A stretch of 64,000 nt of DNA from the human T2T-CHM13v2.0 reference genome, Homo sapiens. Shown here one piece after another: positions 1 to 18,049 of this stretch (its first letter is position 1; each line of letters starts with the position of its first letter). The stretch lies in the NCBI RefSeq assembly GCF_009914755.1, contig NC_060926.1; one strand, given 5' to 3'. The translations under genes and the position numbers were made by a program. The notes beneath the pieces were generated by a model. The model worked only from the letters and a program-made list of their open reading frames with translations. It was not told the DNA's origin and made no database searches.

Positions 1-3359
<3,359 letters not shown>

Positions 3360-3422
3360 TATGATGTTAGCTGGTTATTTTGCCCGTTAGTTGATGCAGT
3401 TTCTTCCTAGCATCGATGGTCT

Positions 3423-4458
3423 TTACAATTTGGCATGTTTTTGCAGTGGCTCGTACTGGTTGTTCCTTTCCATGTTTAGGGCTTCCTTCAGGAGCTCTTG
3501 TAAGACAGGCCTGGTGGTGACAAAATCTCTCAGCATTTGCTTGTGTTTAAAGGATTTTTTCTCTCCTTCACTTATGAAGCTTAGTTTGACTGGATATGAA
3601 ATTCTGTGTTGAAATTTCTTTTCTTTAAGAATGTTAAATATCGGCCCCCACTCTCTTCTGGCTTGTAGAGTTTCTCCCGAGAGATACGCTGCTAGGCTGA
3701 TGGGCTTCCCTTTGTGGGTAACCTGACCTTTCTCTCTGGCTGCCCTTAACATTTTTTGTTTCATTTCAACCTTGGTGAATCTGACAATTATGTGTCTCGG
3801 GGTTGCTCTTCTCGAGGAGTATCTTTGTGAGGTTCTCTGTATTTCCTGAATTTGAATGTTGGCCTGCCTTGCTAGGTTGGGGAAGTTCCCCTGGATAACA
3901 TCCTGAAGAGTGTTTTCCAACTTGGTTCCATTCTCCCCATCACTTTCAAGTACACCAATCAAATGTAGATTTGGTCCTTTCACATAGTCCCATATTTCTC
4001 AGAGGCTTTGTTCGTTTCTTTTTACTCTTTTTTTTTCTAAACTTCTCTTCTCACTTTATTTCATTAATTTGATCTTCAAACACTGATACCCATTCTTCCA
4101 TTTGATCGAATCAGCTATTGAAGCTTGTGCATGCGTCATGTAGTTCTCGTGCCATGGTTTTCAGCTCCATCAGGTCATTTAGGGTCTTCTCTACACTGTT
4201 TATTCTAGTTAGCCATTCATCTAATCTTCTTTCAAGGTTTTCAAGGTTGTTAGCTTCCTTGTGATGGGTTCAAACATCCTCCTTTAGCATGGAGAAGTTT
4301 GTTATTACCGACCTTCTGAAGCCTCCTTCTGTCAGCTCGTCAAAGTTATTCTCTGTCCAGCTTTGTTCTGTTGCTGGTGAGGAGCTGTGATCCTTTGGAG
4401 GAGAAGACGCGCTCTGCTTTTTAGAATTTTCAGCTTTTCTGCTCTGGTTTCTCCCCAT
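3423..4458 (-). pseudogene. L1 ORF1p remnant, broken into at least two frames
   Basis: Peptides MGRNQSRKAENSKK... (4458-4270) and ...ENGTKLENTLQDVIQGNFPNLARQANIQIQEIQRT...RNNQYEPLQKHAKL* (3983-3423) match L1 ORF1p. Confidence 0.92.
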
Positions 4459-6529
4459 CTTTGTGGTTTTATCTACCTTTGGTCTTTGATGATGGTGACT
4501 TACAGATGGGGTTTTGGTGTGGGTGTCCTTTTTGTTGATGTTGATGCTATTCCTTTCTGTTTATTAGTTTTCCAACAGGTCCCTCAGCTGCAGGTCTGCT
4601 GGAGTTTGCTGGAGGTCCACTCCAGACTCTGTTTGGCTGGGTATCACCAGCGGAGGCTGCGGAACAGCAAATATTGCAGAACAGCAAATATTGCTGCCTG
4701 ATTCTTCCTCTGGAAGCTTCATCCCAGAGGGGCACCTGCCTGTATGAGGTGTTAGTCGGCCCCTACTGGGAGGTGTCTCCCAGTTAGGCTACACAGGGGT
4801 CAGGGACCCACTTGAGGAGGCAGTCTGTCCATTCTCCAAGCTCAAACACTTTGCTGGAAGAACCACTGCTCTCCTCAGAGCTGTCAGACAGGGACGTTTA
4901 AGTCTGCAGAAGTTTCTGCTGCCTTTTGTCCAGCTATGCCCTGCCCCCAGAGGTGGAGTCATACAGGCAGCAGGCCTTGCTGAGCTGCCGTGGGCTCCAT
5001 CCAATTTGAGCTTCCCCAGTTGCTTTGTTGACCTACACAAGCCTCAGCAATGGCAGATGCCTCTCCCCCTACAGGCTGCTGCAGTCTCACAGGTCAATCT
5101 GAGACTGCTGTGCTAGCAGTGAGCATGGCTCTGTGGGCATGGGACCCACTGATCCAGACATGGGATATTATCTCCTGGTGTGCCATTTGCTAAGACCTTT
5201 GGAAAAATGCAGTATTTGGGCGGGAGTGTCCCGTTTTTCCAGGTACTGTCTGTCATGGCTTCCCTTGACTAAGAAAGGAAAATCCCCTGACCCTTTGCAC
5301 TTCCCGGGTGAGGTGATGTCCCGCCCTGTTCCAGCTCGCCCTCTGTGGGCTACATCTACTGTCCAAATAGTCCCAATGAGATGAACCAGGTACCTCAGTT
5401 GGAAAGGCAGAAATCACCTGTCTTCTGCGTCAATCACGCTGGGAGCTGCAGACCGGAGCTGTTGCTATTTGGCCATCTTGGAATGGAAATCAAGATTGTT
5501 GATTTTAACTATGTGAATGTAATATATGTTTTAAAATACAAGGAGAAAAAAAGAAGCTGAAATAATTCAGCAATGGTCGTGTATAATGGAATTCTCTGAG
5601 ATTAGGGTAACATGCTGCCAAGTGTTATAATAGCAGGTAAATCCAGTTGCAACGCTGTGTGGTTTTGAGACCTCTACAATAATGAATCTTGAAACATTAA
5701 AATAATATAAAGAAATGAATTCAGCAGGGACACATTTTATTCCATGGCACATTCTACACTTACCTTCAGTTTGCTACATGAAGAATCCAATTTCCTTCTA
5801 TTTCATATATTGACTTTTTTCAAAGAAATTCCAGGTGCTTCCCTACATTTTCTATCCCGTTTATCTTTGCATGCAGTGAATGTTTTTAATCATGTCATTA
5901 TTTTAAATAACACTTTTTTTCTGGGAGTTTTTTTCCCCTTTGACTCTGTATTACTATTCCTATCCTACAAGTGTGAAATCCAAGACATGTAGAAATTAAC
6001 TGACTTACTTCAAGAAAGACAGGACAGTAAACTAGTTCTCATTGCCTTTCAGAAACCTTGCTACTTGAGTACTTAATTTTTTAAATCTGATATACTTGAA
6101 AATCCTAATGTTAAAAATACCTTTAAACGACTCTCAAAATTAATTCATCAAAAAAATCAAGAACCTTAAATTAGTAATTCTCTTTTAATTAGAGCATTGG
6201 ACAAAAAATAATATAAATCATATAAATGAATATTTGTGGGAGTATTAAATATAAAATGCCAAATATTGAAAATTGCAAAATATCTAGCAAAAGTACATCA
6301 ATTAATTACACATTATGTATACATATTCTAAAAACTATACAGCCATTATAAACATGTTACTAAGTTTTAAAATATGGGAATAATTTCATGAATACGTGAG
6401 TAAAAAATTGAGACTACAGAAGTCTAAATACAAATATAAATGCAATTTGTCTAAAATACACCTTAGGCATATATATTCATAACGCATAGATGTCATACTG
6501 GGACAAAATACCATCCTTAACACCTGTAT

Positions 6530-6665
6530 AATCTTAGTAAAATTCTAAACTTCACTTTCTTCATCAGAAAAATGTGTAACTTTACTTCATAGTAGGATAA
6601 AATGAGATGATGCATACAAAAACTAATCACATTTTTGGCCAAACAGTGAGAAGTGTCTGTGTATT
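6530..6665 (+). mobile_element. MIR fragment
   Basis: TTTCTTCATCAGAAAAATG...AGGATAAAATGAGATGATGCATAC resembles the MIR core/3' part. Confidence 0.5.
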
Positions 6666-7255
6666 TACTATAAACATAAGGCATGTAATATATGACTTAG
6701 AATTATATGATAATGTATTCAGAATAATTAACTTAAGACATTAAATTAAAACTCTAATATTGTAGCAAATTGCACAGAAAATAATTAGAATAGTATAGAG
6801 GTACTAAGATGAAAAACTGAAATCAACAATATTTAAATTACAAATACAACCAGGGCCCAAATTACAGTCTTATTAAGGAACCTATTTAAACCAATAGAAA
6901 GCAAAGCAGGCATTTTAGCGAGACAGATAAAAAGTCACTACCAAAAAAAAAAGTAAATTTACAAAGAAAAGGGTCCTTTGGTCCTTCTTGAAGAAGTCTC
7001 AAAACAGGTAGAAACTCACTTATCTGGTAAATCATAGGCTTTGAGTCAGAAATTTATATTATCTAATTTAACAAATAATAAAATCAATCTGAAAGTTTCT
7101 CGATAATGTTTCCCAGCATTATTGTGAGTGTCATAGTACAATGATAGGAAGTAGGTTCCAGAGCCTGTGCTTACAGTTGCTATGGCACAGGACCTTAATT
7201 ACATATGCCACATTTATACACATGAATACACCATTACAAACTGATGGAAACACCA

Positions 7256-7373
7256 CAGGTGCTGTGCCTACACCTCTGATTTCCAGGGACAGGCTCAGTT
7301 GATAGGTGTTTTTCCAGAGTAATTATAAATAATACCTCTTTTTCCTCTCAAAAGGCTTCTCGCATGGGGACCC
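7256..7373. mobile_element. MER81-like hAT-Blackjack MITE, degraded
   Basis: CCAGGGACAG...GTAATTATAAATAATACCTCTTTTTCCTCTCAAAAGG...GGGGACCCTA follows the MER81 layout. Confidence 0.55.
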
Positions 7374-7929
7374 TATTCATTAAAAAAGTGTAAGGACTTA
7401 TAAAATTTCTATAAGAACAGTCTTCACAAAGGAAAAAATCAAGGTTGAAGCTTAAATGCTTGCTACATTTCAACGCAAAGCAATTATATGATAAAGAAAG
7501 TAACTCATAGGGTTATTATGACAATCTACTAGAATAATAGCAACTATGGATTTGATTAGACATATAGTAAATTATAAAAACATAAAGTGTTATAGTTATT
7601 CAAAACAATATTTTAAAAATAATTCCAAATACGCATTTCATAGGAATAACTTTATAATAGAAAGAAAAGTGTTTGACTCTCCTCAGGTGTTATGTTTTCT
7701 TGTTTTGTCAAAAAATTCAGCAGTTCACCTTTTCCCAAAAGAGTAAGGTAAAAAGCAATCTATCAAATTTTTAGAGATTGTCAAAAAAGTTAAGAAATGA
7801 TAACAAAATAAAAAGGAGATTTTTTTTCCCCATAGGAATTTCAACCCCTCAAATATTCCACTTTTAAGTCTACCAAAAATATTTAATTCATTGTAAACAG
7901 CACTCAACTAAATTTTTGTTTATGGTGTA

Positions 7930-8868
<939 letters not shown>

Positions 8869-9018
8869 GATATCTTAATGTGTATTATTCATGAATAAGC
8901 ATTGATAAACATTTCTAAAAATAAAAACAATATTTTGAAAAACTTATTGACCATGTTGGTGATACAGAAACACATATCTCAACTAATTTTAAATAAAATA
9001 GTTATATCACATAAACGG

Positions 9019-9052
9019 ACCACCACCACTACCAGTCACCACTACTACCACC
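9019..9052 (+). repeat. Imperfect (CCA)n microsatellite
   Basis: ACCACCACCACTACCAGTCACCACTACTACCACC. Confidence 0.6.
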
Positions 9053-9857
9053 AACAAAACACAGAACTCTCCTGAACAAATAATCAAAAAGTGAATCAAT
9101 AAGAAAAATCTTTGTGATTCAGTACTTAGCATTCACTTCCCTGTTTGTAGAAATGTCAGTAGTTAGCAAGCAATGGAGCTGGAAGCACTGTGTTCCCATA
9201 GGTACTGTTTTCTAGATGACATGTAAAACTCTATGCTTGACCATAAACAGCCTTTAAAAAAATCCCAGGGCACCTTTCAGGGAAATAGCAGTGTTTGCCT
9301 CAACATCTTGGCTTAGTTCCAACTCACTAATTACATTCAGCCTGCCTGGATAATTTTAGATAGTTTTAATGTGAAAGTGCATTGCCTTTGTTTGATTATA
9401 GTCCCTGGCTCTTCCTTTGAAAAGTCCATCCTCAAACAGTCACGGGGGGATTTTTAAGGCTGATTATTTCTCTTAAACAAAAATGAAGACCTGGGCTGGC
9501 CTAGCATCTTCCTCAAAGATAAATAATTAGTGTCCCCACATTGAATTAATACTGAAATTTTGGATACACTTATAGATTTAGGCAAGTCCTCAGAGAAGGG
9601 AAAGGAAACCTTTCCATTTGGAGCCTCAATAGAGCGGAGTACCTTCTTGTTAAAGGGGTTGTCGTAGACAGAGCTAGGCAATTCTAATTACTTTATTGAA
9701 CTTCTCTTTGGTATAGTTGCAAAAATCTGGTTATTACTCTACTCAATATCAAATAACAAACATATACATGTATATCAACCCTGTAAAAATAGATGGTTTT
9801 ATTTTCCAGGACAAAACTTTGAAAAGGTATCATAAATTTACTTTTCCCCTTTGATGC

Positions 9858-10339
9858 TGTGGCAGGGATTGCTATCAGTCCCCCTAAATCTTGTCCCTCC
9901 CTGTCTTCTACAGTAATGGAATTTTCACTGGGCATATGTTCACCAAACCAAGGCAGTATTCCCTCCTTGCAGCTAAATATGGACACATGACTAAGTCCTG
10001 ATCATTGTGAAGTGAGCAGAAGTGAGATGTGCCACTTCTGGATTTTGCCTTTAAAGGTAAGAGATGAGCCCTTATCTTTCCCATTTCCTGTTCCTCAAGG
10101 CCACATGATTGAAAACCATCTTCAATTGTACACATGACAGCAACATTCAAGGGGATGGAAAGAATTTCCACAAGATGGAAAGAATTTGGGACCCCAACAT
10201 TGCAGAACTATCGAATCCTCTATATACGTTCTTGCAGGCTGGATGTCTTTAAGCTGCTATAGAAGACAGATAAGAACTCATATCTTGTTAAAGTTACTCT
10301 AAAGTAGTTCATTGTTCATTGACTCTGTATCTTAATACA
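9858..10339 (+). mobile_element. MLT1 (MaLR) solo LTR, old J/K-like subfamily
   Basis: TGTGGCAG start; GCAGCTAAATATGGACACATGACTAAG and GCAGAAGTGAGATGTGCCACTTCTGG MaLR motifs; TAATACA end. Confidence 0.7.
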
Positions 10340-11489
10340 GATGATATTACACATTGTTTTTCTCTTCCCATCTCTTCCATTAAAATTGACAAATTGAAGA
10401 TCACATTCCTCATCTGAAACTAGAAGTTGCTTCACATGTCCAGCCACCTTTGCAGGAATATAAACATAGGGTTGAATAATCCTCAGGATTTTTATTTCAA
10501 GAGATACTGAAAATCCCTATGTTTAAGTATTAGGAAAAAAATATCTAAATATTTAGGGGACACCATGCTGGACAAAACACTTCTAGAGCCTGTTGGTGCA
10601 GAAGTTGTGGTGCATTGCTGATATAACAAACACAGTTTCCACCATCTGTCTAATGAGAGATCAGATACAATATGGCAAGGAGTAAATTCTTTCTCAGGGT
10701 ACTCTGAGAACATACAGGAGGGCGAATTTTAAGGAGATATGTTAGCTGGGTTTCGAATTACCAGTATGTGCTAGTTAGATAAATGTGGGTGGGGGTTGGG
10801 GCAGAAGGGTATTCCAATAAAAGAAACTATCAATTAACAATGGTCTCCAAATAACAGAAATCCTATCTACTTATGTTTAAGTACTTAAAGGGAGCACAAA
10901 ATAAGGCAGTTTTTCACTTAATAAAGGATAATATCTCTGACTTTTGAAAAGATGATAATTCAGGCATTAGCTCTTGGAATAAATACACTAAAACTCAACT
11001 ACATATTTCCATTAACTTGAAACTATTTTTTCAACAAAAACATTGAATATGTTTTTAAAAATACATTCCACAGGTCCACAATGAAGACAGATTCTGTGAG
11101 GAATGATATAGTCAGTTCTCTTATAGGTGGATGGGGATGTATGATCACTAAGAAGAGAACAAAGAAGTAAGGAAGGTAGTTCTTGTCTCCAATTGAAACA
11201 TTTTTCAAATGTATTTATAAAATGTCTGCTCTAAAATAAACAAGTGACACAGTTTTAAATTTCTAAAAGCAATATTTTAAATTATTTTTTCTTGATTGTC
11301 TATCAAATTTGAAAATGAAGCATAATATTGGCTTATGGTAGCCTAATTTTCAGTAGATGCCACAAGATAAAACCCAAATAATCTGATTTGAACCTTGCCT
11401 AAAATCTTCTCTCACCATTGTTTTCCTGTGGCAGAGAATATATCCATGATTATTTAGATAAAATCATTTTTTGCATTCATGTATTCAAT

Positions 11490-12360
11490 TTTCATTCATT
11501 TATTTGCTAATTCAGAAAACATTTTATGATTGCACATTCTGAGACAGACATGGTGCTAAGATCTAGAGATATAAAAAAATGAAATGACATGGTCTCTGAT
11601 CACATAGAAAACACTAACTAAATTAACAGGAAGATATAAAAATAAATTATCACAAGAAAAGACACATGTTATAATGGAGATACATACAAAGTACAAAGGG
11701 AGAACTAACAGTACTGGAATCTGCCAAGGGGAAATAGTAAAAGCTTTAGTCTGAAACTTGTCTCGAGGACTAGAAAGAGCATTCTAGGAAGATCCCCAGA
11801 ATTTGCAGAAAATAGAAATGTTAGAAAATGCTTATAGACAGTAACTATTAGGAGTATTTCTGCATCTTTAGAGTACACATAGCATAAATTAAGCAAGGGA
11901 GGATGGACTTAAGAACAGAGCAGAGAGGCAGGGGCACTTTCACAAAGGTCTCAAAATTTTTTAGGTGTAATGGGAAATTATCAAGTAATTCTGAGATGGT
12001 AAGTGGTATGTTTTAATTGTTAGGATAGTGAAAGATTTTTGGAAGCAATGCTAAGAAAGGGTAGAACAAACTAGAGGTGAAAAAAACAGTAAGGAGGGTA
12101 TTGCAATAGCCTGAGGAGAGTGTTGACCTGGATTAGTGGCAACAGGGATAAAGAGAGTAGGAAATAGATTTTGTTTAAGTTGTGATAGTTTTTAGATGTG
12201 GGTGATAAAGGACATTGTATAATAAGTTCCATGCATCACACTTAAATAAATGAATAAATAGCAAATTTTAGAACAGATGAGACCCACCAGATTGGGAAAA
12301 GCAAAATGACACATTGACTATTAGATGGAGTTCAGTTTAAGGTGCTTGTGGGAAATGTTT
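11490..12360 (-). mobile_element. L2 LINE 3' portion
   Basis: TTCATTCATTTATTTG...CATGGTGCTAAGATCTAGAGAT...ACATGGTCTCTGATC is the antisense L2 3' signature, followed by purine-rich antisense L2 body. Confidence 0.7.
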
Positions 12361-12404
12361 CACATTCAAATCATTAACCATTATTCTAATGGTTAATTGA
12401 GTAA

Positions 12405-12592
12405 GGTACATAAACAGATAATTCAAAAGCAGATATCAACAACTCACAAATACATATAAAAAGTATATAACTTTTAAATAACCAATGGAATATCTAATGA
12501 AAAAGAAGTACTAATTTATGCTTGCTTAACAGCAGCAACAACTGAGAATTAGGGACTGTTCATGCTGGTGCAAGGTGAATGAAATAGTGTCT
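12405..12592 (+). mobile_element. Old L1ME-like ORF2 3' fragment (left half, split by a younger L1)
   Basis: AAACAGATAATTCAAAAG...AATACATATAAAAAG...TGCTGGTGCAAGGTG resembles degraded L1M ORF2 3' sequence. Confidence 0.45.
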
Positions 12593-12594
12593 CT

Positions 12595-14765
12595 TCTACT
12601 GTGAACAACTATATGCCAATAAATTTGAAAACCTAGAGGAAAAGAATAAATTTCTGGATACATACAACCTACCAAGATTGAGCCAAGAAGAAACAAAAAT
12701 CCTGAACACACCAATGACAAGTAACAGGTTTGAATCAGTTAATAAAATATCTCCCAACAAAGAAAAGTCTAAGACCAATGGCCTCATCACTAAATTCTAC
12801 CAGATCTTTATTTAAAGAAGATTTAATACCAATTCTTTTCTAACTATTCAAAAAATTGAAAAGGAGGAAATTTCTTCCTCATTTAACTAGGCCAGTATAA
12901 CCCTGATACTAAAACTAGGCAAAGACACAGTAAAACAAGAAAACTTCAGGCCAATATCTCTGATGACATAGACACACACACACAAAATCACACCAAAATA
13001 TGAGGAAACCAAATCTAACAACACACTAAAAAGATAATACATAATGATCAAGTGCGGTTTATTCCAGAAGTGCAAGGATAGGTCAACACACAAAAATGAA
13101 TAAACATGACACGTCACCTCAACAAAATGAAAGACAAAAACTATGTGATCATCTTAATGGATGCAGAAAATCAGGATAAGAACTCTCAATAAATAAGGTA
13201 TAGAAGGAAAGTACCTCAACACACTAAAAACAATTATGCCAAACTCATACGTAACATCAAAAGTTTCCAGCTTTTCCCCTAAGAACTCAAATAAAACAAG
13301 GATGCCCAATATCACCACTCATATTCAACACAGTAATAGAAGTCTTAGCCAGAGTAATTTAGCAAGAGACATAAATAAAGGACATCCAAACTGGAAAAGA
13401 GGAAATCAAATTGTCCCTGTTTGTAGATGACACAATCTTATATATAGACAGATCTGAAGACTACCAAAAAACTTAGGACTGACAAACTCAATAAAGTTGC
13501 AGATTGCAAAATCAACATACAAATAACAAACCAGCTAAAAAAGAAAGCTAGAAGACAATCTCATTTACAATAGCTACTAGAAAAATAAAATAAAATACCT
13601 AGAAATAAATTTAACCAAGTAGGTAAAATAATTGGACAAGGAAAACTACAAAACACTGATGAAATAAATTGAAGAGGATACAAACAAAAGAAAAAGTATC
13701 CCATACTCATGAATCAGAATAATTAATATTGTTAAAATGACCATACTATCTAAAGCAATCTACAGATTCAATGCACTCCCTATCAAAATATCAATGATGT
13801 TTTTCACAGAAATACAAAATATCCTAAAATTTGTATGAAACCACAAAAGACGCTAAACAGACAAAACAATCCTGATCAAAAGGAAGCATCACATAACCAG
13901 ACTTCAAAATATACTACAAAGCTCTAGTAACCAAAACAGCATGGTACTGACATAAAAGCAGACATGCAGATCAATGCAAGAGAATAGAGAACCCAGAAAT
14001 TAATTCATGTATCTACAGCTATCTGACTTTTGACAAAGCTGCTAAAAATACACATTGCAGAAAGAACAGTTTGTTTAACAAATGGCGCTAGGAAAACTGG
14101 AAATCTAAACGCAGAAAATTAAACTAGATCCCTAACTCTCATGCTAGATATAGTTAATTCAAAATGGATCAAAGACCTAAATGTAAGACCAGAAAGTATA
14201 CAACTACTAGAAGAAAACATAGGAAAAATGCTTCAAGACATTGTTTTGGGAAAAGATTTTATGAATAAGACCCTAATAACACAGGCAACAACATAAAAAT
14301 AAACAAATGGGATGAAATTGGAGAACATCAGGTTAAATGAAATAAGCCAGAAACAGAAAGTTAAACTCTGCATGATCTCACTAGTGGAAGCTAAAAAAAT
14401 TTGATCTCTTAGAAGTAAAAAGTAGAAAAGAAGATATTAGAGGTTGGGAAGGGTAGGGGAAAGAGAGGGATGAGGAGAGATTTGTTAAAGAATACACAAT
14501 TACAGCTAGATAGCAGGGATAAATTCTACTGTTCTACAGCACTGTAGGATAACTATGGTTAATAATAATATATAGTTTAAAATAGCTAGAAGGAGAATAT
14601 TGAATGCTCCCTACACAAAGAAATGTTTGAGATAATGGATATGCTAATTAGTCTGATCTGATCACTATATATTATGTGTATCACAACATCACTATGTACC
14701 CCATAAAAATGTATAGATATAACGTGTCAATTTAACTTTTTTAACTGAAAAATAAATTTAAAAAG
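12595..14765 (+). mobile_element. 5'-truncated L1MA (MA4-like) with internal deletions
   Basis: ORF2 sequence (CTATATGCCAATAAATTTGAAAACCTAGAGG; CTGTTTGTAGATGAC). L1MA 3'UTR TACAGCTAGATAG...GCTAATTAGTCTGATCTGATCACTAT...ACTATGTACCCCAT, with an A-rich end. Confidence 0.88.
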
Positions 14766-14769
14766 AACT

Positions 14770-15035
14770 AATGTATCACTTGTAGCTGATGGAGTTGCAA
14801 TAACTTTTAAAAGTCAGACATCTATCTGTACACTTTGGCCAAATAATCCATCTTCAGGGAAGCTATCCTGATGAAAGAATATTCCATAGAAAGAAAATTA
14901 CATGCACAAGGATGTACACTGCTGTATTACATAAGTAATGCAACAAACCAAAATCCACATAAATGTTTCAGAAGTTGGGGAGATTTATATAAAATATGGC
15001 ATAATTATTTGATAGAATATTGTATAACTATTTAT
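14770..15035 (+). mobile_element. Old L1ME-like fragment (right half)
   Basis: CTTTGGCCAAATAATCCATCTTCAGGGAAGCTATCCT...ACATGCACAAGGATGTAC...TAAAATATGGCAT continues the L1M 3' region. Confidence 0.55.
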
Positions 15036-15059
15036 TATATAATGATGCATCAGTATAAC

Positions 15060-15552
15060 TGTGGTAAATCGAATCATTAGCCACAACATTCCTTTGTCTC
15101 TGACAACCACATGCTTGTCATGGCTTCTCTGTAGCAAAAGCACACTTTCCTATCACTTGGTTTTAGGCTGGGCCCTATGATTTTCTTTGGCCAGGGGAGT
15201 GGCAGAAATGAGAATGTGCCATTTCTAAATCTAGAGCTTAATAGGCATCGTGGATTTCTGCTCCCTTTTATGGACTGTACCATCATCATGGGAAGAACTT
15301 CCAATGCTGTTACAACTGTTAGCCCTTCCCCTGGGCCACAGAATAAATCACTATGGAACAAAACTGCCCCAATCCAACCTAGATGAACTTGTGCTTGGAG
15401 CAGAGCTTTTCCAGTCAAGCCCTGTATAAATCACCAGACCAGACCTTAGCCAACAACAGATTCATAAGAATACATAATTGTTGTTCCAAGTCATTGAGTT
15501 TTATTAGGATGTTTTTGGATGAATCATCTTGGGGCAATAGGTAAGTGAAACA
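15060..15552 (+). mobile_element. MLT1 (MaLR) solo LTR, G/H-like
   Basis: TGTGGT start; CTATGATTTTCTTTGGCCA...GGCAGAAATGAGAATGTGCCATTTCTA; end GCAATAGGTAAGTGAAACA. Confidence 0.7.
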
Positions 15553-18049
15553 ATAGCTATGTGAGGACATTCATATGGAAAATGACAAAAGAAAATATTC
15601 AAAATTACAATTGCTAGTGTATGTGGGTTTTGCGATTGTGAGATGCCAGACCCAAGCTTAATCTAGTATTTTCATGTATTTGAACTGAAACCAACATAAG
15701 GGGTAAGCATCTCTTAGAGACAGAATTTTTTAATGAAAAATATAAAATATTCATGTTATATGTATCTTCATTTTAAAATAAAAATATATATTATTTTGCT
15801 TTAGGTTATTTTTGTTTCTTTAAAAAATCCCACTAAAACTCATTCCTAGCAGAATTCACTTTATTACTCTCAGCTGCAAATGGAGAATCTATAGAACCTT
15901 ATGTAATCTTATCTAACTTAAAATATCTTCCTTATGCTATTGTGGTAAATTCAATGTTAATACAAATTCATATTTCTACTGCATTATCAAAGTATATTAA
16001 CTCAAATAGTTTCACAGCTTGAAAATGTCATTAATCAATGATGGGGCTTCTATAATCTGTGTAATTTTTGTCCTCTGATAAGGTCAGGTTTTCTAAATGA
16101 CTGGCACGTGCTAAGCATTTCACTATTTCTGTCATTTAATTTTTGAGGGCCCAATTGGCCAATTCATAGTTAATTACTCAATGTTTACATTCAAAGAGAA
16201 GTAGAAATGGGAGATATAATACACAATATGTAAAATTGTGTATGAAAGAAAATGTTTTCAATAGCATGGACAACATGAATAAAAATTATTACGACCAAGA
16301 CCAGCTTTGTGCAGAATGGTGATTTAGGCTCCCCGACTCTGTCCAGGCTTGGGCATGGAGTGTTCTCACACAATCTGTATACTTTTCCTTATGGCAAGTG
16401 CTTTCCCATTGCCCTCTAGCTGCCAGTAACTCTCCACTGAAGCATTTTACGAGTACTGCTTAAAAATATTTCCTACTTCCTTTCATCCTTCCCCTTAAGG
16501 TTTAAGCTGCCTAGATTCTCATTCCTTCTCAGCTAATTGCTTTAGAAAAACAGTATCTTGTAAATTAAGTCCCCTTAAAGGACTGCTTAATGTGATACCT
16601 GGTTTAGGAATAGTTACTATTTAGCAAATGGTGCCTGTGTATGCCTCATCGCTAACGTATGCAGTTCTGTTGTATGGTATCTCTGGCATTATGGAAGGCA
16701 AGGATAGGAAATAATTCAGGCAAGCAAAGTTCCAGAGCACGCTTCAAATCATACCATTTAGACAACTGTCTATTTTATTTATAATGTGATCTGTCCTGCA
16801 ACCAAATTACTTCTTTTTAAGTTAAATTCAACCCATAAAACTAATTTATATTCCTGAGAAAAACGAAATGCTACTTCAAAAGTTTTATGAAAGTTCATAT
16901 TTTTACAAGTTTTACCTAAGTAGAATAGATTATTTACATGTATTATAATAGAAGGAATATATATTTACAATAGAAAAGAAATGAACTTGACAATGATGAT
17001 TTGATTGTCAAAATTAGATAAGACTTAATAATTAAAAAGACAGAAAATAATTAAAAAGAAAACTCACTTCAAACTATAATTTTACGTTATTTTTCCTACT
17101 TTCAATGTTCTCTGAAAAAAATATGTTTGTTTTTACACAAAATTTGCAGTGGCACCAACTTATTTAAAATGTTAATTACCAGACTGTAATGAAGAATTTT
17201 TAGCAAGACACATATTTGACTTCATCTTTGTTAATATCTCTACATTCTACACTAGGGTACAGTAAAACTTCTGTATCTTACCTGCCATCTAGTAATACTG
17301 TTGGAAAGATTATTATGATTGCATTATGAATGACTGATTTAAATAAAGTTAATAAATCAAAAGAGAGGAACAAAGCCTTTGCAGGAGACCAGAACAGATA
17401 TAAATTTTTCCATAAGAGAAGAAAAGGACAGTCTATTCTTTTATATCAAAAATCACTTTTTTTTCAGTAGAATAAGTCTGTTTTAAGATGTTAAATTTAC
17501 TGAATAGTTTGGACAAAATTAAAACATGTAGATTTATTATCATCATCATAATGATAATAAGTAGTTAACGGTAATGAACATATACGTATTTCCAAAGCTT
17601 TTATGAGACTACACATTGAGAATACATACTTATAGGCCCTTATTATTTCTTTAATGCAGAAACTCTGAACAGGCTCATTGAAAAGAGCAAAAGATGGCAT
17701 TGTATAAATAGCAAAATGAATTCAAGCTTTTATTATTTTTTGTCTCTTCTGACTTCTATAACTTAGCAACAACAAATTAAATCCCATTTCAATGTAACAC
17801 TATCATGAAATTCTCTATTTAACAAAATGTCTTCTAGACCCCAGCTGATTATCTAATTGTTCTGAGCATTTAGCAATTCAGTCACTTTTATTAAATATCC
17901 ACTATGTGCTATGTGCTTTGAAGGACAGAGAGATAAATGTGAGTCAGTCCAGGAGCTTATAATCTGGTGGGTAAGGTAGACTTTTAAAAACATTTTATAA
18001 AACAAAGCTGAATTAAATATGATGTTTAAAACAGTCCTGGTAGAAATGT

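Noticed and set aside
4662-4695. Tandem GAACAGCAAATATTGC in the L1 5'UTR
   Set aside because: Probably an inherited feature of this L1PA subfamily's 5'UTR rather than locus-specific.
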